The position numbers and the translations under genes were made by a program. DNA of 64,000 bases. Source: Macrostomum hystrix. Taxonomy: Eukaryota; Animalia; Platyhelminthes. Below, in pieces: positions 12,001 to 25,542 of the stretch; the first letter of the stretch is position 1; each line of letters opens with the position of its first letter. Location of the stretch: NCBI GenBank assembly GCA_950097015.1, contig CATNEN010000008.1, positions 4,154,001 to 4,218,000 of the forward strand. The letters run 5' to 3'. The notes beneath the pieces were generated by a model that was given only the letters and a program-made list of their open reading frames with translations, was not told the origin of the DNA and ran no database searches.

Positions 12001-15000
12001 GACAGATAATTCTACTGGCATTTGGGGTAAAAAGTACAAAGGTACTCTGAAGGGATATGGGATATTTTAAAACAGGTAACCGATCCCATCGCGTTGATAC
12101 CCGCAAAGCCGGATTCTGCTGTCGAGAGATGTCTTCAGTGGCGACCGCATCAGCGGCCAGCTCCGCCGCGTTGCCGATTGTTGACGAAGATTTTGTCATC
12201 GTCATCGACCTTGTGAGCGCCGTCGACGAAGCGTCGAAATTGTTGTCGTCTCCATCGACGTCGGCTTCGTTGCCTTCAGCGGCGGACTCTGCCGCGGCCA
12301 GCTGCATTCGGCAGCGCATCAGGTCGGCCCGCTGACGAGCCAGAGTGGCGCCCAGGGTCTGCGCCCTGCTGGCCAGGGTGGCGAGCTGCGTGCGCAGAGC
12401 CGGCGGCGCCATCAGGTCGCTCAGGGTGTCCAGGTTCGACACGCTCGGCTGCCTACACAGCAGGTCGTCCAGCTCGTCGATTCCTACGTCGCTGCGGCCG
12501 AGGATGTCCATGCCGATGCTGGCCCAGTCCTCGGTGCGGCGGGCTAGTTCGGCTAGTTCGGCATTGCGTCGATGCATCTGACGCCTGCGCTCGATGTCGG
12601 CTTCGGCCTGGCGGCACACTTCGCCAAGTTGGGAGGCCAGCTCCGGCCTGGGTGCGATGGGATATTGGTGGGGAATTAGCAAAGGTTCGAGTTGAAATTA
12701 GGAAGGAATTCCTATTGGGAAGAAGGTAGGGAATTACAAAATAAATTATCTCGCAGAAGGGCTGCTAGCAATGGCGCATCATTTGGTGACACTCGACATG
12801 CAGCCAGTTAAAGGGTAATTCTGCCCGTTCCGCTGGCTCCTGAGCACATACTTATACAGGTGTGTACTCTTTCACTGTGCCTTGGCGCTCAAGAGCATAA
12901 ATTGCACGACAAGCCCCCAAGCCTTCTCTCTGCGTAAGAAGGCTTGATCTTAGGAAATTATGAAATTCCCCAAAAATAGAGGAAAATTTAGGGAAAAAAT
13001 GGGAATTCCAAAAATGTGCGAATTTCCTAACAAAACAATGGGTTTTTCGTAGAAAAGTGATTGCACGGGAATTTCCGTATAAATCGAGACTCTGTCCAGG
13101 TACTCACCGTTCATTAGAAGTCGCCTTGCTAATGAGACTCTTTGCCTCTTTGAGCAGGCGCTCGGCTTCTTCAATATCCGCCTCTGGCGCGTCACCCATT
13201 CGTTCCTTCAGTGCGGCGGCCACCCGTGTTGCTTCCTCGGCTAGCATAACGGCGGCCAGTTGCCTAGCAACCGGACCCTGACGACGCTCCGTCCAGGCCG
13301 CATTGAAAGCCGATTCGGCGTCGGCTACGCGGCGAAGAACACGATTAACTGCGACGGCGTCTGAGAAACGATCGCCCTGAGTTCTGGCCCTGCGCTCGAT
13401 GCTGGCTATGAGGGTCTCACCGTGCTCCTGAGCGGTTGGGAAAGTGGGCGGGTAAGGCAATCTGGGATTTGAGAAGTCTAGGATTTGAGAAATCTAGGAT
13501 TTGAGAAATCTAGGATTTGAGAAATCTAGGATTTGAGAAGTCTAGGATTTGAGAAGTCTAGGATTTGAGAAATCTAGGATTTGAGAAATCTAGGATTTGA
13601 GAAATCTAGGATTTGAGAAATCTAGGATTTGAGAAATCTAGGATTTGAGAAATCTAGGATTTGAGAAGTCTAGGATTTGAGAAGTCTAGGATTTGAGAAA
13701 TCTAGGATTTGAGAAGTCTGGGATTTGAGAAGTCTAGGATTTGAGAAATCTAGGATTTGAGAAATCTAGGATTTGAGAAGTCTGGGATTTGAGAAGTCTA
13801 GGATTTGAGAAATCTAGGATTTGAGAAATCTAGGATTTGAGAAATCTAGGATTTGAGAAGTCTAGGATTTGAGAAATCTAGGATTTGAGAAATCTAGGAT
13901 TTGAGAAGTCTAGGATTTGAGAAGTCTAGGATTTGAGAAATCTACGATTTGAGAAATCTAGGATTTGAGAAGTCTGGGATTTGAGAAGTCTAGGATTTGA
14001 GAAATCTAGGATTTGAGAAATCTAGGATTTGAGAAATCTAGGATTTGAGAAATCTAGGATTTGAGAAATCTAGGATTTGAGAAGTCTAGGATTTGAGAAA
14101 TCTAGGATTTGAGAAATCTGTGATCTGATATTTGAGATTTTGATAATCTTAAATTTATAATTTAAGAAACTCGATAACGGATCGATTTTGATCTCGATCG
14201 TTCGGTGGTCGCGATACCAAACAAGGAACGTGAATGGCTGCAGAAACAGTCGCCTGTTTGCCAAATAATCATTTGAGACGCACATAAGTAATTATTAGTA
14301 GGAAATTTTAGAAACCTAAGTCGCGTGTCACGAAAAGCCCACAGAAATCCCAGTTTAATTGGTGTCACAAGCGTTAAGGACAGAGAGAAAAAATGACTGA
14401 AAGAGAGGCTTGAATGTATATACTAGAACTAAAGGGACCCCAACTAATTGCCGTTACTCCAACTGCATAGACCGAGCGGCTAGGCTTGAGTAGGCCGTGC
14501 AGAAGTACAAAAAGTGCGCCGGACAATGGACGGGACAATATAAATAGATTTCGTGCTCCTTACCTAGATAATGAAGTTATATAATAGATAACTGCGGTAT
14601 TAGCCAATCATTAACCATTTGTGGACTAACATATATATTTTTAGGAAACTTGGGATTAAACGGATAATTTAAAGGGTTGTGGAGTAGGAGGCTATATATT
14701 TGTCTAGATTAGGGATTTTTTCAATTCAGGATTGGGATACTATGAGGGATAATTATAATTGTCAGGGGTTGGGATTCTAAGGACTATTCAAATGGCTAGA
14801 TATTAGGATTCTAAGGACTATTCTAATGGCTAGAGATTGGGATTCTAATGACTATTCTAATGGCTAGAGATTGGGATTCTAAGGACTATTCTAATGGCTA
14901 GATATTGGGATTCTAAGGACTATTCTAATGGCTAGATATTGGGATTCTAAGGACTATTCTAATGGCTAGAGATTGGGATTCTAAGGACTATTCTAATGGC

Positions 15001-18000
15001 TAGATATTGGGATTCTAAGGACTATTCTAATGGCTAGATATTGGGATTCTAATGACTATTCTAATGGCTAGATATTGGGATTCTAAGGACTATTCTAAGG
15101 GCTAGATATTGGGATTCTAAGGACTATTCTAATGGCTAGATATTGGGATTCTAATGACTATTCTAATGGCTAGATATTGGGATTCTAAGGACTATTCTAA
15201 TGGCTAGATATTGGGATTCTAATGACTATTCTAATGGCTAGATATTGGGATTCTAATGACTATTCTAATGGCTAGATATTGGGATTCTAAGGACTATTCT
15301 AATGGCTAGATATTGGGATTCTAATGACTATTCTAATGGCTAGATATTAGGATTCTAAGGACTATTCTAATGGCTAGAGATTGGGATTCTAAGGACTATT
15401 CTAATGGCTAGATATTGGGATTCTAAGGACTATTCTAATGGCTAGATATTGGGATTCTAAGGACTATTCTAATGGCTAGATATTGGGATTCTAAGGACTA
15501 TTCTAATGGCTAGAGATTGGGATTCTAAGGACTATTCTAATGGCTAGATATTGGGATTCTAAGGACTATTCTAAGGGCTAGAGATTGGGATTCAATGGAT
15601 TATTTCAACGGCTAGGGCTAAGCACAAGTTGAATGACAGCTGAAGATAGGGATTTCAAACCAGTTGAGAAAGTGACAGATTGGTGACTGATAACTCACCT
15701 TGGCACTATGCAAGTCTGCCAGAATTTCATCTTTCAAAGCATCCTGTCGCCGAATCTGAGCCAGCAGGTCAGCCAGACTGTCAGACAGTGCCTCCTCGGC
15801 CAGACTGGCGATGCACTGGTCAGCCGCGGACACTATCGACCCGGCGTGCCTGGTGTAGGACTCGACCGCAGCCCGCCTCTCGATCCACTGATCGTGGCAA
15901 TAGTCAAGGCGACCGCCCAGGTCCGGGCAAAGATCCTCGGGCCCGGCAACAGGGGTCAGCTGATCAATATCCTCGCGGATGCTAGTTGATGGGCCAGTGA
16001 TTTTATCCATCGACTTGCCGCCCAGGAGATGAAGCAGCTTATTAACATAATGAGATCTGGTTAGGCCGGCCAGTACACCTGAAGGCCTGAGTACAATTAG
16101 GCCGCTTAGACTGCCAGCTGGAGCAAACGACGGGCCAAATCCGGCCAGGATTAACTCCATGCAGCTCAGCACCCGACTCCAGGTGGACTTCCGCCTGAGT
16201 GTTATTGGGTTTCAATCACTTACTGGTAAGATTGGCGGAGTTAAAATACCCATGGAAACTGCTCTAAAATACCCAGGGAAACTGCTTTAAAATACCCATG
16301 GAAACTGCTCTAAACTACCCATGGAAACTGCTCTAAAATACCCATGGAAACTGATCTAAACTACCCATGGAAACTGCTCTAAAATACCCATGGAAACTGA
16401 TCTAAAATACCCATGGAAACTGCCCTAAACTACCCATGGAAACTGCCCTAAACTACCCATGGAAACTGCCCTAAACTACCCAGGGAAACTGCTTTAAAAT
16501 ACCCATGGAAACTGCTCTAAACTACCCATGGAAACTGCTCTAAAATACCCATGGAAACTGCTCTAAAATACCCATGGAAACTGCTCTAAAATACCCATGG
16601 AAACTGTTCTAAACTACCCATGAAAACTGCTCTAAAATACCCATGGAAACTGTTCTAAACTACCCATGAAAACTGCTCTAAAATACCCATGGAAACTGTT
16701 CTAAACTACCCAGGGAAACTGCTCTAAAATACCCAGGGAAACTGCTTTAAAATACCCATGGAAACTGCTCTAAAATACCCATGGAAACTGTTCTAAACTA
16801 CCCAGGGAAACTGCTCTAAAATACCCAGGGAAACTGCTCTAAAATACCCATGGAAACTGCTCTAAAATACCCATGAAAACTGCTCTAAAATACCCAGGGA
16901 AACTGCTCTAAACTACCCATGGAAACTGCCCTAAACTACCCATGGAAACTGCCCTAAACTACCCATGGAAACTGCTCTAAACTACCCAGGGAAACTGCTC
17001 TAAAATACCCATGGAAACTGCCCTAAACTACCCAGGGAAACTGCTCTAAAAAATATCAAAATTGCTCTAAAATACCCAGGGAAACTGCTCTAAAATACCC
17101 ATGAAAACTGCTCTAAAATACCCAGGGAAACTGCTCTAAACTACCCATGGAAACTGTCCTAAAATACCCATGGAAACTGCTCTAAAATACCCATGGAAAC
17201 TGTTCTAAACTACCCAGGGAAACTGCTCTAAAATACCCAGGGAAACTGCTTTAAAATACCCATGGAAACTGCTCTAAAATACCCATGGAAACTGCCCTAA
17301 ACTACCCAGGGAAACTGCTCTAAAATACCCACGAATCTGCTCGAAATTACCCAGGGAAACTGCTCGAAATTACCCAGGGAAACAGCTCTAAAATACCCAT
17401 GGAAACTGCTTATAAGACCCATGGAAACTTCCCTAATAGACCCATGGAAACTGCTCAAAAGACTCATGGAAACTGTACTAAAAGATTCACGGTTACTGCC
17501 CTTAAAGAGAAAAATAACTGCCCCAGATTACATCTAAAAAAACCAAAGAACACAAAAATAGCGAATCAATTCTACTGAAAGATTTTAACAGCTCACCTGT
17601 CAATTAGAATTAGAAACTTTGGTTGCCCTGGCAACGATGTCGCTTCCCCATTCTCCGGTTGGTCCAGCTCGCCTCCATCAGCACTGGATGGCTTTGCCGC
17701 AGCTTCGTCAGCAGCAGCGGCGCAGGCCACTCGAATAAGGTACGCAGCCAGCTGGCAGAAGTGAGCCAAATCCGGGTCAGGCCGGCTGGTCTCCGGCAAA
17801 GTAATGAGCCAGCGACCCTGACGATCCCGACCGCCAGTCAGTAGAATGAATCGCTCCTGAAGAGCTTCGGCTACTTCAACTATGCCGATTGTGTCAGTTG
17901 ATTCTGATCTTTTAATCGCTGGAGCATCGTTGCCGTCAATCTGGATTGAATCACCCGGCACAGGAGACTCGGATTCTGCTGTCTCCGTCGTCAGAGTACC

Positions 18001-18108
18001 AGTTGATGACGATGAAAGCGAGTTGGATGCAGCCGCAGCATCCACTATTTCCATCGCTGATGGCAAGTCGCCTTCATTAATACTGTCAGTTTCGGCAGTG
18101 GTTTCCAT
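9004..18108 (-). CDS. MCF2L: Dbl-family Rho GEF, MCF2L/DBS type (Sec14-like, spectrin-like, DH, PH, SH3), 7 exons
   Basis: Exons 18108-17597, 16194-15699, 13427-13108, 12647-12101, 11231-10922, 10413-10121, 9726-9004 with compatible phases. Sec14-like: LTGGRDRQG, FLILIDRR, DLGGRLDYCHDQW. DH: ELIETERRYVEDL, YLLKPVQRVQKYQLLL. PH: RRVYLF...WVAEIERVL. SH3: YWLVENGRGQRGY. Domain order matches DBS; orthology versus MCF2/MCF2L2 is unresolved. Confidence 0.8.
10495..10838. repeat. Minisatellite, 23-bp unit CTAGGGAATCGATTGGGATGATT (RhoGEF intron 5)
   Basis: Direct periodicity of 23. Confidence 0.95.
11451..11721 (-). mobile_element. SINE copy, 5' truncated, in RhoGEF intron
   Basis: Reverse complement of the SINE body from the B-box to the tail. 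Confidence 0.75.
12740..12934 (-). mobile_element. SINE fragment in RhoGEF intron
   Basis: Degenerate reverse-complement match (AAGCCCCCAAGCCTTCTCTC, ATTTGGTGACACT, AATTCTGCCC). Confidence 0.65.
13465..14118. repeat. Minisatellite, 16-bp unit TCTAGGATTTGAGAAA (RhoGEF intron 2)
   Basis: About 40 copies starting just inside the intron. Confidence 0.95.
14770..15592. repeat. Minisatellite, 34-bp unit GGCTAGATATTGGGATTCTAAGGACTATTCTAAT (RhoGEF intron 2)
   Basis: About 24 copies. Confidence 0.95.
16246..17470. repeat. Minisatellite, 23-bp unit CCATGGAAACTGCTCTAAAATAC (RhoGEF intron 1)
   Basis: About 53 copies. Confidence 0.95.
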
Positions 18109-21094
18109 GGAGACGATAGCAATGGAATTTCCTAATAACTTTATAATTTACAGTGCCGTCTACTAATAGGAAATTATGGGTAGCCACAAACAGCCACAGC
18201 TGTGAATGGCATGGTTGCAACTGAAAATAGGGTTGCTTATTGTAATAGTTTAAATCTTAGCACATTCTAGGCCATGAGATTCGATAATTTTTTTACTATT
18301 CTAATATATTATTGTACCATGTTACTGTCACATTATCATGCAGCATCTTCAGCCTATTGAATTATTTTCTTAGAATTGTTTACTTTGTTTAACTGCACCA
18401 TTTTTGTTTTAATGCACCGATGCACCGAATTTATAAAAGTTTTAATGAAGTGGAGAAATTTGAGGAGAGACGCGAAAAACAGATACAAATAAGCATGTGT
18501 AAGGGAGTGGAAAGTCGACCTAGCATTACCTAACGTTTTTCGCTACTTTCGGAATAAGAAAGCTTGAATATTGAAGTGTTTGCCTTAAAGTTTTTTCTAG
18601 AAGACATTGAGAAAGAGAAGTGAATAAAGTGAAGGGAGAGCTGTAACCCTAGATCCACTGGTAATGCCCAAGACGGACTGAAGAGTAATTGAAGAGTAAT
18701 AAGATTTAGGAAATATTGATAAAGAGCAATAAAGAAGGATAAAGATGGATAAATAGTGATAAAGACTGATACAGAGTACTTACAAAAATAATACAGTAAA
18801 GTTATAATTGCAAGTAAATAGAAGGTATAAACTATAAATTTCGGCCATATTGAACGTATAACACTACCAGATTAAATACATAATGTGAATAACTAAAGAC
18901 ACTCATAAGTTTGCCATAAGACAATATATTCTTTAATATATGTTAGTATAACTGTGTGTTCTCAACTAACACTAGGCCCCCTAACTTATTCATGCAAAAA
19001 ATTATGGGGCAAAGAAAACTACTACAAAGACACTTTTGAAGTCCAAGCATTTTTGCATGTAGGGGCTTAATCAACATGCATGGTGTATACTTGCTACAAT
19101 TTAAATGCTTCAGCACAAAAATAATCATTAACTTTAAAAAATAATACATTTATGAACAAAAAATCTAATTTATTAAAAGCATAAACTGATTATACACTGA
19201 ATCAATTTTAATTTTACAGCATACATGTAGGCTACAAATCATGGAAAATAAGGTTAATTTAAAATAAGCTTAGCTGCTTTTGTAAATCTTATCCAGCCAG
19301 TCTCAAGGCAACTGAGCTTAGCTATTTGAAAAACTGCCCTCCTGCTGCAGTTATAAAGTGGTTAATGTGTAAATGCTCAACTTTATAAGTACAAATAAAA
19401 TGCACAAGTATAGATAGGATTATGCTCATGATTGAATGCCTGCAAATACTAATTCAAATAAGTTGTCCCTTAAGCAGAGGTGGACCCAATGGAGGCAAGG
19501 TCTGTATGTATCTAAGACAGTGATATACCCTCTACCTTAAATATGTATATGCAGTAGAAACCCAGTGTTTTAGTAAACTAACAAACCTAGTGCATCAGAT
19601 CATTGGTTATTGGCGATACATTTCAGAGTTGCAGGCAGTTTAATCCCTTAATGCCCGTAAATAATTAAACATGCAAAACTAGGAGATTGTTAAGTTTCAA
19701 GCTTATAATTATATTAGGCCTATTAAATATTATTCAATACAAGAAGCAGGTCTGAATTTGTGATATTCTGCAAACATTAGCAACATTAACTTTGTAACAC
19801 AGGACTCACTCAGCAAAAATACTCAGAACTTTAGAGCTACGTTAAAGCCATCCACAAATGTAAGAAATAAAAGTCAACTATGAATCGTCTTAATTGCTTG
19901 CTGAAATATTACCTAAAAGCTTTAAGTAAAAAGTAAACGTCTCATTCAAAAATTCGCTGAAAAAATATTTTTATATAGTAAAATCGCTGATTTTTGGAAA
20001 GGCATAAAAATACAATAACATAGGACTGTAGGACAAAAATTAAAAAGAAACAAAATAGTCGATAAATCTAGGAAAATGGAAAATTAAATTGGCTTAAAAT
20101 GCAAACGCACTATAACAAATCAATTTATGAAGCGGGATAACAGTGTACTTCCTTTTTAGTTCTTTTATATTTTTGCTGTTAAATTGCTCTAAGTTATGGA
20201 ATTATAGACAATAACCCGCTTTTCTATTGGCATCCCAAAAAATAGGGATGTTAAATATGTTAAACTTAACAGTAGACATACAAAAGGTAGGGGTTTTCCC
20301 CCTGGCAGTTTTTTGTACTGCACCCGAACGCAGCTTAACCACAGTACACCATCGCATAGTCTGTCAACCAATCAGTCACCACCCAATGCTGTTAGCATTC
20401 AGGCGCTGCCAAAAAATTTTCATGGCGGGAATTTCGCCCCACCCATTGCTATAAAATCGGGCGCAAAATGGCTTGGCAGTCATTTTTACCCACGCTAAAA
20501 CCTTTCGGCCTCGGCCTCCACGATAAAGACTTGATTGGTTAAACCGACAGGCAACTTATGGCTAATTAAGATTCATTCACGGCGCAATAACAGTTCGGCT
20601 GGTAGCATCATGGCCCAGATGATGACAAGGTTCTGACCCTGACCTGACCTGACAGAAATACATTCTTTAAAAGTCAAATTGACAGCTGAGAATGTGAGAC
20701 CCTTCGTTCGCTTCCAGATCCCACGTGAGTCATCTCGTGCGATACAGTTTCACTTCACTATCCTAATGTTTGAGTAGAGTTTTCCTTTGCTGTTCGGTTG
20801 CATCTTGAGCTTGGTTATTGGCAGGGACCCTCCGTGGCCCTTTGAACCGCTCACAATGCATGAAATTAGAGAGCATCTTTTCGATTCGTTTTAAGTCATT
20901 CAACTTCGTGTCGAGGTCGCATCTGTCGGAATGAAATTGTTCTGACAATTAACATCCTTCCATGGTCATATATATTTGAGTTCGAGTAATGCGATCCGAT
21001 TTTGATCGCATGCGCGTCCTGGCGCAAGACCTCGAGTTTTCACAAATAGCAATTCAACTAAATCTGCGTTCTGTTTATTGCTATCCTACTTAAG

Positions 21095-22243
21095 ATGAGC
21101 ATGTTAGTGAATATAGCAATTTTATCGTATATTCACTATTACATTGGTCGAGGTAAGACTCAATGTCCCATTATAGCTCTATTATACTGATTCATCTCTT
21201 CTGTCTGTATTAAAAATGTAATGCCAATTCGAATTCCAAATAATCTTCATGCAGGGCAAAACGTATCGTGCAACAGCTCCTTGATAGTGCCCTATGGACC
21301 ATATTCGAATTACTTCTGGACTCGCGACTATGTCGATCAACAGGTAAAAATTTCTCAATCGAAAAACGATCAACCCATTGAAGTGAGGCTTGAAGCGGCC
21401 TTGGATGGAACGCACGGATTTGTGTCATTTCGAGACAAATGGGGCTTCTATCTAACAATCTACACAAGTGGAACAAACATTGCCGCGACATTCAGAGCGA
21501 AGACCGCATTCGACTTCAACGCCGCAGCTGCAAGCTTCAATGTTGAACCATCAACAGAGTTCTGCAACCATTGGCGCATCAAGCCACTTTTGGTGCCGAA
21601 TACCCGACTAAGGCACACCAACTCTTACCTGACAGCTAGCGATTGGAATGCTGCGGATAATGTATTGGTATCCGACTCGGCCCTGTCATTCCATTGTGCA
21701 GAATGTAAGTTAAATTTATACGTAAGTAAGATAGTGCGCATAAGACCGAATAAGTTAAGGACTGTCTCAATTTTCATGCAGACAACAGCATGTGCCCATC
21801 GCAATCGCTGTTGATAAAGGACTCCACCGGCTCGATGTTGTCCTGTCAGCCTGGCAATCCGTGTGTCCTGTCAAACTCGCTGTCAGGTACAACCCTGCTC
21901 AGGGAACAAGCCGGCTTGAACGGAGATCCTGGCACCGTGTCCTTTCAGTCAGCTGACAACCCAGACTACTACCTGACTGTCTTCAGTAGCCATCTGTTGA
22001 CTGCACAGTATGTGCATTTGGAACAATCAAGCAGCACTCAATCGTTCAGAGACTGCTCAACATTCCGCTTGGCGCTGCCGGAACAGGGCCAAAACTGCAG
22101 CTGGCGACGAATTCTGGCGCCTGCCTGCGGCGGAGACAGCGTCCGAGTTCTGAGCAGGCAGACAAGCAATTATCTTGTTATCCTGTCCTGGGATCCAAAT
22201 AACTACATCACCTATTCGCTCTTTAACTTTGTCTGCCAGTCAG
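21095..22243 (+). CDS. Secreted tandem AbfB/CBM42-like beta-trefoil protein, unit A
   Basis: Exons 21095-21152 (MSMLVNIAILSYIHYYIGR, weak signal peptide), 21255-21704, 21782-22243, all phase-1 junctions. Motifs EQAGLNGDPGTVSFQSADNPDYYL and RLRH...SDSALSF. Most divergent copy; terminal exon not identified. Confidence 0.7.
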
Positions 22244-23024
22244 GTAAGTCAGTTTTTTGGTGTGCACTTTTGTGATTTCCGCGAAGCTGCACCCAGAAAG
22301 GTGAGTTGAAGTGGTAAGTAAATGCTGTAAGCTCTGTTTCATGCGCAATTTAACTGAAAACTGATCAAAACAACAAGATATTCCATTAGGTCGCATGAAT
22401 GTTGAAAATGTACCTTTCCCTTTGTTACTAAGTGTTACAATTTTCCTGAAGAACGATTTCCTTAGCACCCAGTGAAAACTGCTTCATCACAGAGCCTTTC
22501 GCACTAACAAGTACGAGCGTACCTGGTGATTTTGTTATTTTTGTCTTTTGTACGGTTGTAAAATCACCAATGCAACTCTGACGTTTTGAATTTACGATTC
22601 GAAGCTTGTATTTTTAATTGAATATCGAATGCTAAGCCTTATGACTTCGGAGTGACTTCGCTATCACATTGTACAGGGTCAACCAAAAAGTTATTTGTGT
22701 GGCGTACATGTACTATGACCACTGTACATTTTACACGCAAATTTGGTTTACACTAGTTTGTGCATTAAATTTAATTTGTATTTTTTCTACACTACTGACA
22801 TGCTAAGTAGGACGCATAACATATTTCTTACAAATGTATATTATTTGATTAAATTTAGTTTGCGTGAAACATAAGAATGAAATTAGATACATATCTCTAC
22901 ACAAGTAAGCTTTTTTCATATATTTCCAATTTAACATTAGAACTACCAATTGTGGGGGATTTGCCCCTCGGACATTTTATGTGCTGCACCCGAACGGAGA
23001 AACGCAAGCACACGGGCCAACTTT

Positions 23025-23158
23025 TTGTTGTGCATCTTCTGAACTTGTTGTGCATCTTCTGAACTTGTTGTGCATCTTCTGAACTTGTTGTGCATCTTCT
23101 GAACTTGTTTTGCATCTTCTGAACTTGTTGTGCATCTTCTGAACTTGTTGTGCATCTT
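23025..23158. repeat. Minisatellite, 20-bp unit GAACTTGTTGTGCATCTTCT
   Basis: About 7 copies, 3' of unit B. Confidence 0.9.
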
Positions 23159-23354
23159 TCGGGTGTCAACCAGGCTTTCATTTATAAACGCTGCTCAGAA
23201 CTTATGGGCAGTTGTATTTTTCAAAAGCACAAAAATACACTGACAAAGCGACAGCGGAAGAAATAATTGAAAACCTGCAGCTTACCTTTCATAAATACCT
23301 GAGTTCTTGTATCTCCAGCTTTTCTGAGACAAAAGAGTGAATGGAGAGACTCAC

Positions 23355-24502
23355 CAGCACTGCACGCAGGGCTGAACACAGTGTAGCCAGGGTATATGTA
23401 GGGATCCCACTCGATTTGGCTGATTTCGCATCCCCCGCTTTGGGTGCTCCAGTTCAGAACGGTCCCACTGACACCTGGCAGCAGCAGGCGACGGTCGCCG
23501 CAGTCGACACCCGACGCTGCGAAGGTCAGTCTCAGGGTGGCGCTGATGTTGAACGCTGAAGTGCCAGCTGATGGCATCAGCTTGAGGCACTGAGAGTCCA
23601 CGGACAGGTAGTAGCCGGGATAGTCGGAGGAGCGGAAGGACACGGAGCTCGGCAGGCTGCTCAGACCCGCCTGCTCAGTGAGCACTGTGGCGGTTGACTC
23701 TGATGCAGTCAGCTGGCACGAGCTTCCAGGTGAGCAGGACAGGTAGCTGCCACTGCCTGATCTGAGACGCAGCTGCTGAGACTGGCACAGGCGAGTGTCT
23801 GGAACGGAGCAATCGAACTCAGTATTTGCCTCATGGTTCGCGACGAGAATTAATTAGATAAGTTTTGGCCTTTTTGGAATTCTGAGTGACAATCGAACAG
23901 CGGTTCCCCATGACTCACAATCAACGCAGTGAAATGAAAGCGCCGAGTCAGAGTTCAGTAGAGAATCACTTGGATTGGGAGAGTCAGATCTCGTCAGATA
24001 AAAACTCTGGTGCCGGATGACCTGGCTCGGATACTGCACGGGACTGAGGCGCCAGTGATTGCAGAACTCTGTTGAGCGGATTCTGAAGCTGGCTGACTGC
24101 CTGAATGCGGCCGTGTTGTCTGTCCTTGACACGTAGAAACTTGTCCCAGACAGGCGAAAATAGTAGTCAGGTCTTTGAGCGTCTGCGATAGAGACGGCAC
24201 TCACCGTGCCATCAAGGGCTGCCTCCAGCCGCATCTGCAGCAGCGTGTTGCTCGTGGACTTGGAAATGAGAACTCGATTAGCCGAGTCGTAGGCGTAGAA
24301 ATAGTTAGAGTAGGGTCCATACGGTATGATCATGAAGTTGCCGCAGGTGATATTCTGGTCTGAAAGATGTGATTCGACGAGTTACAGTTCAACAGATGAT
24401 CAGGTGTCGATTATTAAATGAAATTGCATTTTTACCTGATGTTCGTGGAGCAGACAGCGCAAGACAGACTGCAGTCAGGACCAAGGGGAACAACTGCCGC
24501 AT
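23355..24502 (-). CDS. Secreted tandem AbfB/CBM42-like protein, unit B (inverted)
   Basis: Exons 24502-24436 (MRQLFPLVLTAVCLALSAPRTS), 24359-23919, 23798-23355. VSFRSSDYPGYYL...AFNISATL resembles the AbfB repeat VSFES.NYPGYYL...F..DATF. Confidence 0.75.
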
Positions 24503-25542
24503 GTCTTCAATGCGGAGTCGTTTCTTGTTTCGTTGTTTATTGGGAAGAGGGAAAACAGTTTCGGCAAAATCAGCTCTTCGTATTTCAGGTATTTCAGAGC
24601 ACGGAGCGGGCTCAATTATTTGAGACATGCAACTCTCAACAGAGCGCAAATACAAGGTCGCAAACTGCACCCGTTCCCAATATAAATGCTCGGAGTGGTT
24701 TTTCTTGATAAAGCTGTCAGTAAGTTTTCTTTCAAGATGCGCTCTAATTGTCAATAGAAACTGGTGAGTTGTTTAATAAACGCCAATTCAACTCAGTGTC
24801 TTTAAATGCATCGCTTCAAATGTTCTCACCGAGGCCTAGCCAAGCTCCACTTAAAGTCGAGTAGATGCTGGCTGAATTAAAAAACGGTATCTCATGGAAA
24901 GTTGCAGCTGCTAAGCTAGCGGTGCAGAACCTTCTAGAATAATTTTTTCACTCAGGTTCTCAGAGTTTACAGCAAGAAATTTGCACTGGCCCAAAATACG
25001 TCCCTTAGGAAAAATGTATGTGATAAAATAATTTTTTAACTCGTGGGCTGCTGAAAATTGTCGAGGAAGAGTTCCGTTTCGTTGAACTCGAGAGCCCTCA
25101 AATGTTTTAGCTGCGGCAGCCATTCCAAATATCATTGTCTAGCACAATTATTGCTTCGCATTGTCAGTAGCACTGAAAGTATAACAAATGATTCGCCATA
25201 AAAAGTAAAATTTTAATAAAGCACACAATGTGGACAAAAAGTGCATTGGCGCTCAATTTGAATTGTACATAAAAAAGACGAGAGCAACAATTATTTTCAC
25301 CTGATTGTCAATTCATTTCACATCAGTGAAACCTTACTTTTGATTGACAGCTGTCAAACTGGTGAAATCAATCAATATCGGAACAAATCGCAGCAGACGT
25401 TTTTTCGAAAGAGAAATATTTTTAGTGGTAGGTTGACTCTAGGTCTAGGAGAAATCATTCACCTATAAAGTCAAGGATTTCAGTACTGGAGGGTGCGAAC
25501 AGTCGAAAGCCTGTCTGAATTAGATTATAGATTCGTTCAAAA

